DNA of 64,000 bases from a virus. The translations under genes were made by a program, and so were the position numbers. Position 1 is the stretch's first letter. Each line of letters starts with the position of its first letter. The notes under the pieces were generated by a model that saw nothing but the letters and a program-made list of their open reading frames with translations, was not told the origin of the DNA and searched no databases. This document shows, piece after piece, positions 18,145 to 28,136 of this stretch. The stretch covers positions 10,497-74,496 of the IMG/VR virus record IMGVR_UViG_3300037451_000035; one strand, 5' to 3'.

Positions 18145-18960
18145 TCAAGCCGGGTGGGGCGCGGCGGCCGGATCGGCGGGCGGGGCGGCTTTCGTAGGAT
18201 CGAGAACCGCGGGCGTCGGAACCTTCGGGTCGGCGATCGCCGTCTCGATGCGCGCCTTGATGGCCTCGACCGCGGCGCCGCTGTTCGGGTCGAGGCCGAG
18301 CTGCTTGATTGTATCTGCACCATGCGCCTGGGTGTAGGCGACGGCCTCGGCCACGACAGCATTCTTGATCTCGATTTGTCCTTTGCCCGCCATGTTGGTT
18401 GTCACCACGGCAGCGCCGGAATTGATTCCGTTCAAGAGAATGCGATCCAATTTGTCGCTAAGAAGTTCGGTGCCTTGAATGCCGGCGTTCTTCAAAAGCC
18501 GCCTGATGTACGCCGCCAAAAACGAACTTATCACCGACCCGAAAGCCAGCGTTGCCCATGTCAAAACTTGCCCGGCCAGCGTGCCAACACTGATCGTCGT
18601 CTCGCTCGATACCGGGCCGGACGTTGTGACCGTGTTTTGCGTCACCGGCGGAACGCCGGCTGGCGGCGTGACCGCGGCCGGCGTGGCTGGCGCGACAACC
18701 GGAGGCGGGGGAGGCGGCGGGGGTGGCTCGGTTACAGGCGGCGGCGGTGGCACCTTCACCGGAATTTCCGGCGCGGCGGACTGAGATTGCTTCGCAAGCC
18801 AGTCGTTTAGCCGCTTGGTTTCGGCGGCGGTCGGGCATCCAGGGCACAGTGGCTTCTCCGCAGCCTGAAATGGCGGCGGGACGAGCATCGCGAGCAGGAT
18901 GGTGAATGCGAGAACGCGACCTACAACAGCCGCCGCTATCTTGACACGCCTTGCGAGCAT
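18145..18960 (-). CDS. Membrane protein, holin-like C-terminal domain with Pro-rich linker
   Basis: Two TM regions; immediately downstream of the endolysin. Confidence 0.5.
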   Translation of the reverse strand: MLARRVKIAAAVVGRVLAFTILLAMLVPPPFQAAEKPLCPGCPTAAETKRLNDWLAKQSQSAAPEIPVKVPPPPPVTEPPPPPPPPPVVAPATPAAVTPPAGVPPVTQNTVTTSGPVSSETTISVGTLAGQVLTWATLAFGSVISSFLAAYIRRLLKNAGIQGTELLSDKLDRILLNGINSGAAVVTTNMAGKGQIEIKNAVVAEAVAYTQAHGADTIKQLGLDPNSGAAVEAIKARIETAIADPKVPTPAVLDPTKAAPPADPAAAPHPA

Positions 18961-19012
18961 GGAGCCCCCCTGTTTCAAATTCGCAACGCGATCAGCCTAC
19001 CACCGGCGCCGG

Positions 19013-20047
19013 TTAGGGCGCAAATTGCCAATCCACCGTGGTCATCCCCCATTGCGGATCATGCGGGGCGATGCCGAGCGCGGCAAAGGTGGCTGGCGTC
19101 ATGTCGATGCCGGCAGGATTGGCGGGCACGACGCCGTTCTGTGCCTTCTCGCCGCGCGCGTGCTGCCCTTCGGCCATCGGGCGCGCGCTGGTCGTCCAAT
19201 AACGGTCAGCCGTATTGTGCGGGCCGACGTCGACGATTTCGCAGATCACCGATTTGCCGGAGCGGAACACTTCGACCTTCGGCCGCGGGGCGGGAAAATG
19301 GAACGGCAGCGCGACGCCCGGCTTGTTCGGATCGACGGTCCCGCCATAGGTGCTCGATTCGTGATCGCCGGCGCCGCCGAAGCAAGTCGCGACGATATCG
19401 CTTTGACGCCCGAGCACGGCCGCGACGGTTGGCGGCCCAAGATGCGCCTCGATCGGCGCGGCGACATGATCACCGGGGTGCGCCGCTTGCATGTAGGCGA
19501 CGACACCGGCGACGAGCTCCGGCTTGACCATGTGCCGGCCAGGGCACGACTTGTGCGTCGTGATGGGATCTTCCTTGTGGAAGTGAATCCCGCGGACGCC
19601 GAATTTATAGTCGGCCGGATTGAGGCCGATGCGCGCGTGAAGGATGCCCAGCACGGCGATCAGATTGGCTCGCGACGGGTCAGCGAAAGATTCGATTTCA
19701 AACTCGCCGACCGTCTCGATGCCCCAGGTGATCGCGTTCCAGGCTGGCGAGTGCGTACCGCGCTGAGTGAACGGCGTGAAGAGGCCGACGCCGTCGGGAC
19801 ATACGAAAGCGTGCGGGCCCGAGCTCCAATGGAGCCCGCTGTAATATCCGGCCAGATTCTTCAGCCATTGCTCGGGCGTCCAATTGCCGTGCCGCTCCGG
19901 GTGCGCTCGCCAATCGGCATAATTCGCCAGCGTCGGCGCCGAGGTATTATGAACAACCGTGAACTGCGGCGTCCAGCCAGTGAAGACGAGTCCTTCGACG
20001 TGAGCAGCGAAGCCGGCGAGATCGACGAATTTTCCGACGATGTTCAT
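19013..20047 (-). CDS. Endolysin: Amidase_2 plus C-terminal DPBB/RlpA-like domain
   Basis: VVHNT...GIE...HFHKE...HKSCPG Zn ligands; VALP...IVDVGP...GIDMTPATFAALG. Confidence 0.85.
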   Translation of the reverse strand: MNIVGKFVDLAGFAAHVEGLVFTGWTPQFTVVHNTSAPTLANYADWRAHPERHGNWTPEQWLKNLAGYYSGLHWSSGPHAFVCPDGVGLFTPFTQRGTHSPAWNAITWGIETVGEFEIESFADPSRANLIAVLGILHARIGLNPADYKFGVRGIHFHKEDPITTHKSCPGRHMVKPELVAGVVAYMQAAHPGDHVAAPIEAHLGPPTVAAVLGRQSDIVATCFGGAGDHESSTYGGTVDPNKPGVALPFHFPAPRPKVEVFRSGKSVICEIVDVGPHNTADRYWTTSARPMAEGQHARGEKAQNGVVPANPAGIDMTPATFAALGIAPHDPQWGMTTVDWQFAP

Positions 20048-20226
20048 GGGTGATACCCTGTAAGCTGAAAGAGAACGTAGCCGGCCATCAGCGTGAACGC
20101 GCAGACGTTGTCGAGTAGCGGCGACGTGATCACCCCGACCAGATAAGCGGTGATGAGGGTCAAAGCGAGTGCGGAGTAGCCGCCGATGAAGCCCTTCGTT
20201 CTCGCGGAGATTTTTGCGGTGATCAT
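20044..20226 (-). CDS. Small two-TM protein, holin candidate
   Basis: Two hydrophobic helices; ATGA-coupled to the endolysin. Confidence 0.5.
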   Translation of the reverse strand: MITAKISARTKGFIGGYSALALTLITAYLVGVITSPLLDNVCAFTLMAGYVLFQLTGYHP

Positions 20227-20795
20227 GGGTCGATTATCGGCCGGAGGGCGTCGAGCGTCATTCCCTGGATCGGATTTTCGCTCAATTTCAGATCGCCGCG
20301 CTTGATATGGAAGAGCTTGGCGACCGATACTTCGCTGTCCATCAGCTTTTGAAGATCAGCGTTTAGAGCGATTTGAGCATCGGATAATTCGGCCGCCGTG
20401 ACGACCACTCCATTCGAATTGAGCACGGCTTCCTTTTTTGGCTTCAGCGGGCCGCCATTCAATTTTTCCGCCGCATCGATCGTGGCCCTTTGTTTTTTCT
20501 GGACGGATTCGATCACGGCATTCAGTGCGCCGAGATCGTCAGTCAGAGCCCATCGCGTGTCGGCGCTGATATTGTAGGGCATCGACACTGGGCGCGCGCT
20601 TGCACCTTGGCCGACAGTTTCGTCATGCAAGCCGGTGACGGCGGCGATGGCATTGGCGAGCGCGACGGCCTTGCTGACCACAATCGTTTCGGTTTCGCCG
20701 GCCGGGGGATTCGCCGAGACCTGCGCGGACAGCGCCGGCTCGCTCAGCGCGGCGGCGAAGGCGAGCAGGGCGATGGTTAGATAAAAGCGGATCAT
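20223..20795 (-). CDS. Hypothetical protein with signal peptide
   Basis: MIRFYLTIALLAFAAALSEPALSAQ; AGGA RBS. Confidence 0.65.
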   Translation of the reverse strand: MIRFYLTIALLAFAAALSEPALSAQVSANPPAGETETIVVSKAVALANAIAAVTGLHDETVGQGASARPVSMPYNISADTRWALTDDLGALNAVIESVQKKQRATIDAAEKLNGGPLKPKKEAVLNSNGVVVTAAELSDAQIALNADLQKLMDSEVSVAKLFHIKRGDLKLSENPIQGMTLDALRPIIDP

Positions 20796-20953
20796 GAGGT
20801 TTCCTGACGGGTTATGTGCAGCACGGCGGCGACTCAACCCGTCAGAGGAAAAGCCGCCGCCGCTATCACCGCACGGGATCAGAGTTGAGCTGTTGCCTGA
20901 CGGGCGACGCGGAACATAGCACAGCCGGGGAGCAATTGTCATAGGCGCAGCCA

Positions 20954-23900
20954 TCACGCCCCGACCCACGCGGTTCCGTTATAAAAAACCGGACAGACGG
21001 TTGACCCGCCTCCCGTCAGGGCGGCCAAGAACGTGCAGGCGACGGCATCGGTGACGAACGCGAAATCGCCCTGCGATGGAGACGCCGGCAGGGTCGAGAC
21101 CGTGTAGCCTCCCGTTCCCATCTGCGCTTGGCTTCGGATCGTGCCCTTGGCGAGCAGCGCGCCCTGGCCGGGATCGGTCGCGATGATGCTATTGCCGAGT
21201 GTCAGGCCGCCGCTGTTTTGCAGCCGCATGTTGATTTGTGTCGTCGTCGTCGAGTTCGCGGTTGTCGAGAAGTCAATTTGGAGGCCGTCAGCCCCAGAAG
21301 CCCAAAGCTGTGATGCGGTAAAATTTATCAGTCCTCTCGCGGCAGTATATGCGGTGTCATAACCCCGCGCTTGAATGCCGCCAATAACGCCGCTCGCGGT
21401 CGCGGTCGGAGTACCATTAGGGCCTTCCGAACGTCGAAAAGCGATGAATGATTGCTGCGCAAAGGTGTCGAGGCTCAAGCCTACAGAAGTCGAGTCTTTC
21501 CCAAGCAGGTGAATGAGAGCGTTCCCGGCCGCCGCAGGCGGCGCAGTCGCATTGGCTGAAATGACAAATGCGGCCGCGCTTGAAGAGGGCGAAGTCGTTC
21601 CAAGTGCAATTTGCGGAATACTGTTAAGCGACGCAGATGTCTTTGTTGCGGCTAAGTAAAGCGAGTTCACTAAAGCGTTTTGACTTGTCCCTGTCGATCC
21701 GGCTGGCGCGACCTGGAACTGAATCGCGCCGCCAGCACCGGTGCCCGTACCCTGCGACCCGGCGATGGTCAGCAGCGCGCCAGCCGTGTTGCTGATGCCG
21801 GCGACGACTCCCTGCGCGCCCACGGTCTGCGCAACCGGGGCGGCGGCATCGGCGGCGCCGAGGTGCAACGTGGCGGCACTCGGTCCGGTCAGAATCGCGT
21901 TGCCGGCGACGGCAAAGTTAGTTCCGAACGTCGATGAGTCCGGCATCGTGACCGTGCCGGTGAACGTCGGCGATGCCAGCGGCGCCGCCCCGGTGACCTG
22001 GGCCACCGCGTAGTCCCCGCTGGTCGCGACGACGGCGCCGGTGCGCCCGAACACCGAAGTCACGTCGGACGGATCGGCGGCGAAGGTATAGGTACCGGCG
22101 CCGGTGCGCTTGATGAAGCCGGTGCTAGAAAAGCCGGTGATGTTGTCGAGGCACGTTCCGCTCGCCGCCGAGCAGTTCGTGCCGCCGTTGGCGACCGCAA
22201 GCTGACCGCTGACTGCGGCCGATGATCCCAGCGCGACTTGGCCCCAGGCGGCGAGGCCGCCGCTGACGATCATCACATTGTTCGTCGAGCCGACGCCCAG
22301 CCGCGTGACGACGTTGCTGGAACCGCCGTTCTGATAAATATCGCCCTTGGCGTCGGAGCCGAATGCCGCCGTCACCCCGCCTAGGCTGTTTGTCGATGAG
22401 GTCAGCGTCTTGTTGGTCAGCGCATCCGCCGTCGCTCGGCCGACCAGCGTGTCGGTGGCGGCCTGTACGGTGACCGTGAACGGGCTGGACGTGGAAGCCG
22501 ATACCAGCGTCACGCCGCTTAGCGCGGTCGCGCCGCCCGAGAGCAACACGCCGGTCTGAATGTTGAGGACGCCGCTGCCCGGATCATTACCCGCTAGAGC
22601 GTTGAAAGTTCCATTGCCGATCCCGACGCCGCCGCTGGCGTAAAGATGCACCGCGTTCACGGCGGTAAAGGTGCCGGTCGGCGTGATGAAAAAGAGTAGC
22701 TCGGTCCCCTTGTTCGTATTGCTGGCCCACGTCTCCGTGGCGTTGGCGCTGATCTGCGCGCCGGGCGCGACGTTGTAGGTGGAACCATTGTAGCCGCTGA
22801 ACAGGACAGCCCCGATGGTGTCCCCCGCCACGAGCGCCGTGGGCGACGCGAACGTGCCGTCCGCCCGGCGCAAATTGAAGATTCCTTTATGCGCAAAGCC
22901 GTCGATCAAGACTTCTGGCTCCTGGGTGTTGCTGCCGACCACTTGCAGATACGGCGAGCCCCCCGGAAGCGCTGGGCATCCGGTATTGGCCGTGACGCAG
23001 ACCAGCGTCGAGCCGAATAGCGCCGTGCCGGTGACGGCGAGCGCGTTGCTGCCGATGGTCGCGCCGCCGACGGCAAGCGTTGTCCCGCTGGCGCCGGTCA
23101 GGTCGTTGGTGCCAGCCGTCGTCCAGTTCGTGACGCCGGCGAACGCGCCGCCGTTGTTCCACTGGATCGTGCCCGAGGCGCCGCCGGGAGTTCCGCCGCC
23201 GCTGCCGCACGCCGCGCCCGCGTCGGCAACGCCGCCGGCCGTGCCGGACGCCTGAAGGCAGTGACCGCTGGTGAGTGCGCCGACCTGATAGGCCAGGTTC
23301 GCCGCCGCGCCGGGGAACGTATAGGTGAAGCCGGACGACGGGAACGCCAGCGTCGGCGCGCCGGCGCCGGTCGTGGTCAGCGCGGCCGAGGTTGTCAGCG
23401 TGCCGCCAAGCGAAAGATTGCTGGCCGACACCGGCCCGGCCGCCATCAGGCTATTGTCCTGGTTTATTGTGAGCGCGACGCTGGGAGACGTAGCGCCATT
23501 CGCCGTGACACCGAAAATGATCTTGGTTCCCTCGGCAGAGCTGGACCAGTTCTGTGTCGCGATAAATTCAATATAAGTAGCGCTGGTCGTCCAGGCAGAG
23601 CCGTTGTAGCCATTGCCGAGAATTTGACCAAGGACGTCCCCAGAGTTCAGGGCTGTTAAAGCAGCGAACGTTCCGTGCCCCCCTTGAAGATTGATCGCTG
23701 CCCCAACGCCACCGACCGCTGTGCTCGAGATTTGCAGCATCCCAGGAAAGCCGTTCCCGGCTTGATCGAAGCCATTTATCAGCATCCCGTAATAGTTGGC
23801 CTGCAGGCTCGGGAAAGCGCCGTTCTGCGCGAAGTTAAGATTTAGCCCGAGCGTCACGCTGGAATTGATCCTCAGCAGCGTGGTCAGCGTCGGGCTGATC

Positions 23901-24670
23901 GACAGCACGACGTTGCCGGCACTCCCGGTGACTGGAAGATTCCCTAAAATTCCACCATTGTTGTAGAGAACATCGCCGCCAGTGCCGCTCGTTACGGCCG
24001 TCGTGCCAACCACGATGGACGACGCGGGTGGTGAGCACGTCGAGCCCAGCGTGCAGGTCGCGCCGTTGACGGTGACCGACGGGTTGGCAAGGTCGGCCAC
24101 CGTCACCAGCCCCGTAGCGGTGAACGCCCCGGTGATCGTTGGCGACGTGATGGTTGGCGATGCCGACAGGACGACGCTGCCGGAACCCGTGATAGGGTAT
24201 TCCCCGAGCACCCCCGCGTTGTCGTAAAGCACACGGGTCGTGCTGCCGCTAAGGACCGTCGTAGTGCCAATAGTCATAGATGTCGCGGAGCCGGAGATCG
24301 TGCAGGAGCCGCCAAGCGGGCAACTTACTGAATTGATCGTGGTCGCCTGCGGACCAGCGAGGAACGGGCCAATTGTGGCGCCATTGATTCGCGCGAACAG
24401 TCCTCCGGTGGTCGTCCAGAGATCGCCATTGACCGGAGACGTCGGCGCAACGCCATGAGGAAGATTGAGCCCAGCATGTGCCGCAGTTGACGGCGCCGCA
24501 AGAATTTCGAGACCGCTTATCGGGGTTACCGCATTGCCTTGGACGACCCACGGACTCGGCGGCGGCTGCGGACCTGGACCGCCGCCCGTATTCGGCCCTT
24601 GCGCGAGCGCCGCGACTGACGAGGCAAGAAGCGAGGCCGCGACGAGAGCAAGGCGCGCGATCTTCAGCAT
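20954..24670 (-). CDS. Large Gly/Thr/Ser/Ala-rich tail-fibre/adhesin-like protein (1238 aa)
   Basis: Tail-fibre position; three internal repeats (G....PTAL..GD.IG...GYNG...ATE.W....GT); LA(V)ANGGT fibre motif; N-terminal signal peptide. Confidence 0.75.
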   Translation of the reverse strand: MLKIARLALVAASLLASSVAALAQGPNTGGGPGPQPPPSPWVVQGNAVTPISGLEILAAPSTAAHAGLNLPHGVAPTSPVNGDLWTTTGGLFARINGATIGPFLAGPQATTINSVSCPLGGSCTISGSATSMTIGTTTVLSGSTTRVLYDNAGVLGEYPITGSGSVVLSASPTITSPTITGAFTATGLVTVADLANPSVTVNGATCTLGSTCSPPASSIVVGTTAVTSGTGGDVLYNNGGILGNLPVTGSAGNVVLSISPTLTTLLRINSSVTLGLNLNFAQNGAFPSLQANYYGMLINGFDQAGNGFPGMLQISSTAVGGVGAAINLQGGHGTFAALTALNSGDVLGQILGNGYNGSAWTTSATYIEFIATQNWSSSAEGTKIIFGVTANGATSPSVALTINQDNSLMAAGPVSASNLSLGGTLTTSAALTTTGAGAPTLAFPSSGFTYTFPGAAANLAYQVGALTSGHCLQASGTAGGVADAGAACGSGGGTPGGASGTIQWNNGGAFAGVTNWTTAGTNDLTGASGTTLAVGGATIGSNALAVTGTALFGSTLVCVTANTGCPALPGGSPYLQVVGSNTQEPEVLIDGFAHKGIFNLRRADGTFASPTALVAGDTIGAVLFSGYNGSTYNVAPGAQISANATETWASNTNKGTELLFFITPTGTFTAVNAVHLYASGGVGIGNGTFNALAGNDPGSGVLNIQTGVLLSGGATALSGVTLVSASTSSPFTVTVQAATDTLVGRATADALTNKTLTSSTNSLGGVTAAFGSDAKGDIYQNGGSSNVVTRLGVGSTNNVMIVSGGLAAWGQVALGSSAAVSGQLAVANGGTNCSAASGTCLDNITGFSSTGFIKRTGAGTYTFAADPSDVTSVFGRTGAVVATSGDYAVAQVTGAAPLASPTFTGTVTMPDSSTFGTNFAVAGNAILTGPSAATLHLGAADAAAPVAQTVGAQGVVAGISNTAGALLTIAGSQGTGTGAGGAIQFQVAPAGSTGTSQNALVNSLYLAATKTSASLNSIPQIALGTTSPSSSAAAFVISANATAPPAAAGNALIHLLGKDSTSVGLSLDTFAQQSFIAFRRSEGPNGTPTATASGVIGGIQARGYDTAYTAARGLINFTASQLWASGADGLQIDFSTTANSTTTTQINMRLQNSGGLTLGNSIIATDPGQGALLAKGTIRSQAQMGTGGYTVSTLPASPSQGDFAFVTDAVACTFLAALTGGGSTVCPVFYNGTAWVGA

Positions 24671-24708
24671 TTTCTTTCTTCCAGATATTTGATCCGCCAA
24701 GCGGTTCC

Positions 24709-25029
24709 CTACCACGAGACTCCCGCGATCTTATGTCCGCTGCCCGCGGCATTCATCGAGGTCGGCGTCGTTTGACCAGCGATCACTTCCCAGCTTCCGC
24801 CGGGAGGGATTCGGAAATTAGTGCCGTTGACGCCGCCGGCCACCCCCGGCGCGGCCGCGGTCGTGACAGGATTGACGATCAGATCCTCGGCCGTCGCGAG
24901 GCCCTGGTCGCCGGCGAGAAGGGGATTCTGCAAGAAGCCGCCGTTCGGATTCGGTCCAAACGCATTGACCGCCGTATTGCCAGTGGCGACCTGCGAATTG
25001 AGCGCCGGGATCGGCGTGACGCCTGCCAT
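24709..25029 (-). CDS. Small virion-associated protein
   Basis: Paralogous to the N-terminal domain of 27059-28132. Confidence 0.65.
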   Translation of the reverse strand: MAGVTPIPALNSQVATGNTAVNAFGPNPNGGFLQNPLLAGDQGLATAEDLIVNPVTTAAAPGVAGGVNGTNFRIPPGGSWEVIAGQTTPTSMNAAGSGHKIAGVSW

Positions 25030-25031
25030 TT

Positions 25032-26411
25032 TCAGCCCACCATGCGCAACGGTTCGTTGTCGTTTGCCGCCGGCTCCAGCGCCGACATGATTTCTTCCAC
25101 GATGATGCTGCTCGACGGCGCGTAGGTCGCGGCAATGTCGTTAACCACGATATTGTTGGCCGAGGATTTGCCGAAAATATAATAGGTCAGCGAGCTCGTC
25201 GTGAAAGGCGAGTCGATACCGCGGATCGGCTGAATACAAACCTGGACCGCGCAAGTGAACGATCCCTGATCACCAAACAGAGTCGGCGCCGTTCCCCGCG
25301 AAAGCTGCACGATGCCATTTGAGCCGGAGCCGCCGAGCACATTCACGTTGCTCGATACCTTGATGACATTCGCCGCCGACGTCGGCACGATCGTTGCCGA
25401 GATTCCGGTTTGCGTCTGGGTGGTAAGCAGCGTCGTTTGCGTAGTGTTCGGCGCCGGAGCGACGATCTGCACCGTATCGCCCGGCTTTTTGATACCGGGA
25501 CCGAAAAGCTGCACAAAGGTCGGCCCAGTCGCCCAAGTGCCGGCCGTCACTTCGCTGATTTCGAGGTAGCCGAGGATGCGGATCGCCTTGTTGGTTACCG
25601 ATGTTGTCCCGCAGGCCAGAACTTGCGCAAGGCTACTGCCGTTGTTGTTGGTGTTGCTGGTCCAGAGAATCCCTTCATTGATCGCGGCAACAGAGGTTCC
25701 GCTGAGAGCATTGAACGCGCAGAGCGCGACCGTCCCAGCATTGTTGATAGCGATGATCCAGAGCCGACACATGTTGCCGCTGGTGCACCCCATCGACAGG
25801 GTGGAATTGACCGTGAAGCTTAGAGCGCTTTGAAGCGAGACGATGACGGGATCACCATTGGCAATCGTGGTGTCTCGGAATGGGATCAACACCGGATTGG
25901 TCACGCTCGGGTCGCTGCCATTGTTGCCTTTGATCGCGATGGTCAGGTTGTTGGACCCGACGCTGGCATTGAGTTGCAGATTGACCGGCACCCCGAATTG
26001 GAGCGACGAGTTCGCCAGATTGGCGACTGCCACCGTCGTGCTCGTCACACTGAGTAGAACGAAGACGGTTCCGTTGTACATTAGGAGCGCCGGCTGGCCC
26101 GCTACAAGTTCGGTGCCGGTGAGCGCGACGAGCCCCGCCGATGTCGGTTTGTTGATTGCGATTGGACCGATGGAATTGAGATTTAATGTCGCGGCCGTAG
26201 TATTGCCTGTGGCCGGCGCCGGCGTAAGCTTCACTAGCACGTTCAGCACATCGGCGTAGGAAACCACGTTCGGCAAAGTGCCCGTGATCGTATTCGTTCC
26301 AGCCACAGATTGAATGGCTGTCGCCTGATCAGCGAATTGCGCGCGCGCGGGAAGCATCGCCGCCGCAAAGACGAACAGCGCGACCAGAGCGGCGCCGATT
26401 TTCTTCATCAT
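25032..26411 (-). CDS. Tail-fibre-like protein with signal peptide
   Basis: NTTAATLNLN...YNGTVFVLL and LTIAIKG..GSDPS..NPV fibre-type motifs. Confidence 0.7.
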   Translation of the reverse strand: MMKKIGAALVALFVFAAAMLPARAQFADQATAIQSVAGTNTITGTLPNVVSYADVLNVLVKLTPAPATGNTTAATLNLNSIGPIAINKPTSAGLVALTGTELVAGQPALLMYNGTVFVLLSVTSTTVAVANLANSSLQFGVPVNLQLNASVGSNNLTIAIKGNNGSDPSVTNPVLIPFRDTTIANGDPVIVSLQSALSFTVNSTLSMGCTSGNMCRLWIIAINNAGTVALCAFNALSGTSVAAINEGILWTSNTNNNGSSLAQVLACGTTSVTNKAIRILGYLEISEVTAGTWATGPTFVQLFGPGIKKPGDTVQIVAPAPNTTQTTLLTTQTQTGISATIVPTSAANVIKVSSNVNVLGGSGSNGIVQLSRGTAPTLFGDQGSFTCAVQVCIQPIRGIDSPFTTSSLTYYIFGKSSANNIVVNDIAATYAPSSSIIVEEIMSALEPAANDNEPLRMVG

Positions 26412-27037
26412 GGCTTGAAGCTCCAAAGGCTGGGTGCATAGAACCGGAACTTAGCGCTTTGCCCATTCACGTTCAAAACGGCGGTCGGCTGACCATCCGG
26501 CCCGGTCGTTCCGCCCGGAAAGCTGACCGTGACTGGAAAGGCATTGAAATTCTTGGCGAGGTCTTCGATCCAATAGGTTTGCCCGTCGGATGAAGTCGGA
26601 AGCGTCGTCGAAGACGCCGCGGGAGCGACGAGACGATTGAGGCCGACACCGCCGCCGGCGTCCGATGTCGTCATAGCGAAAGCGCCCGAGGCCGTCACGA
26701 TGCGCGCCGGCGAGAGCGCCGCCGTTTGCTGCATCGCCGCCATCTGGCCCGCCGTGCACAGATTGGCGATCAGATCGCCGGCAAGCCAATTCTGGGCGAC
26801 GGTGCCCTCTTGGGCGCGCACGATGGTGGTAAAGGTGTCCCCGGTGCGGACCGTGCAATAGACGATTTCGGTGAGCAATCCGGTCGCCGCATCGTTCAAG
26901 GTCGCGGCAAATTCCTGCTGTGCACTCGGATTCGGGAACTCGGCGCCTTGGCCCGAGGCGACCGTAAGCGTGGTCGCACTGTTCGAAATCGGCGCTGCCA
27001 GCGTCGACGAGGCGTCATTCGCGAACAGAAAGATCAT
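26408..27037 (-). CDS. Tail fibre anchor / baseplate-associated protein
   Basis: FANDASSTLAAPI...EIVYCT.R.GD...RAQEGT.A..W.AGD. Confidence 0.75.
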   Translation of the reverse strand: MIFLFANDASSTLAAPISNSATTLTVASGQGAEFPNPSAQQEFAATLNDAATGLLTEIVYCTVRTGDTFTTIVRAQEGTVAQNWLAGDLIANLCTAGQMAAMQQTAALSPARIVTASGAFAMTTSDAGGGVGLNRLVAPAASSTTLPTSSDGQTYWIEDLAKNFNAFPVTVSFPGGTTGPDGQPTAVLNVNGQSAKFRFYAPSLWSFKP

Positions 27038-27058
27038 GTGAGCATCCCCTCGCCGCCA

Positions 27059-28132
27059 TTAGAAGTTCGCGGCATACGAATACTGGAACGGAAGCTGCAG
27101 CACCCCGGACTCGATAGCCTGCTTTAACACAGGTTCGAGCGGAAATTGAGTGCCCCCAGGCACAAATTGTGTCAGCAGCCGATTATAGGCCATCCGATTG
27201 AAGCCGAATCGATTGTAGAGCGCGCCGCCCAGGATTGTCCGCACGCCGGGTGTGATGCTGATCGAGATAACCCCGGGCCCGGTGGTGACGCTAATCAGGG
27301 ACGTGTTATCCACATTCGGCGCCGTCCCGTTCGGCCCGGTCAGGAAGCGCATAATCCGCCGCTTCAGCCATCGGATATTGAAGCGATTGCCGTCGCCACG
27401 ATAGAGGTTCCAAGTCAGAATCCGCTTGAAGACGTCGTCGGTCGTAAACGCGATATTGGTCGGGCCGACGATCTTCGAGACGTTGAACGGAATCGTATTG
27501 AACGCCCAGGTGTTGTACGGGCCGCGACGGCGATTGCGCCCGGAGGACAGCGTCGGCCGGACCATGCCGTAGAGCCCGGCCGCCACCCAATCGAGCAGCG
27601 ATCCGGCGATCGACAGGTCGGAATAGACCGGCAAAGGCGTGCCGACGAACCAATCGACATACCCTTGCGCCAGCGAATTGTAGGCCGCAACGAAGGCCGC
27701 GCAGGATTCGTCGTCGTTATATTGCTGGTAGAGATAGGACGGAATGATTTTCGTGAGCGTCGTCGGCTTGGCCGGCGGAAACGAGCCGGCCTGCGGCGTC
27801 GGCGGAAAAGGTGACGGCGGCTGGAGGACGATGCCAGCGATCTTGTGCCCGGCGCTCTTGGCATTGACGCTGACCTTGGTGGCGAGGCCCGCCGGGAAGG
27901 TAAAAAGCGCTCCGGGCTGGATTGCCTGCGTCGTCGCCGTCTCTTCCGCGGCCGCCGGATTGCCGCTGACGTCGACATAGATCGGCTCCGAAGCGGCCAA
28001 GCCCTCATCGGCGGCATTGAATGGATTTTGAATAAATCCGCCCAGCAAAGGACCGAAGGCGACGTCGATCGGATGGCCGCCAGTGCGCACAAAGGTTTGC
28101 GCCAAGGGAAGGACGACGACCGGATTTGCCAT
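27059..28132 (-). CDS. Baseplate wedge subunit with extra N-terminal domain
   Basis: IIPSYLYQQYNDD...LLDWVA.GLYG..RP...DDVFKRILTWNLY; follows baseplate J. Confidence 0.75.
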   Translation of the reverse strand: MANPVVVLPLAQTFVRTGGHPIDVAFGPLLGGFIQNPFNAADEGLAASEPIYVDVSGNPAAAEETATTQAIQPGALFTFPAGLATKVSVNAKSAGHKIAGIVLQPPSPFPPTPQAGSFPPAKPTTLTKIIPSYLYQQYNDDESCAAFVAAYNSLAQGYVDWFVGTPLPVYSDLSIAGSLLDWVAAGLYGMVRPTLSSGRNRRRGPYNTWAFNTIPFNVSKIVGPTNIAFTTDDVFKRILTWNLYRGDGNRFNIRWLKRRIMRFLTGPNGTAPNVDNTSLISVTTGPGVISISITPGVRTILGGALYNRFGFNRMAYNRLLTQFVPGGTQFPLEPVLKQAIESGVLQLPFQYSYAANF

Positions 28133-28136
28133 TGCG

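Noticed and set aside
20954-26411. Diversity-generating retroelement or invertible fibre cassette
   Set aside because: No reverse transcriptase, invertase or TR/VR repeat pair was seen in the window.
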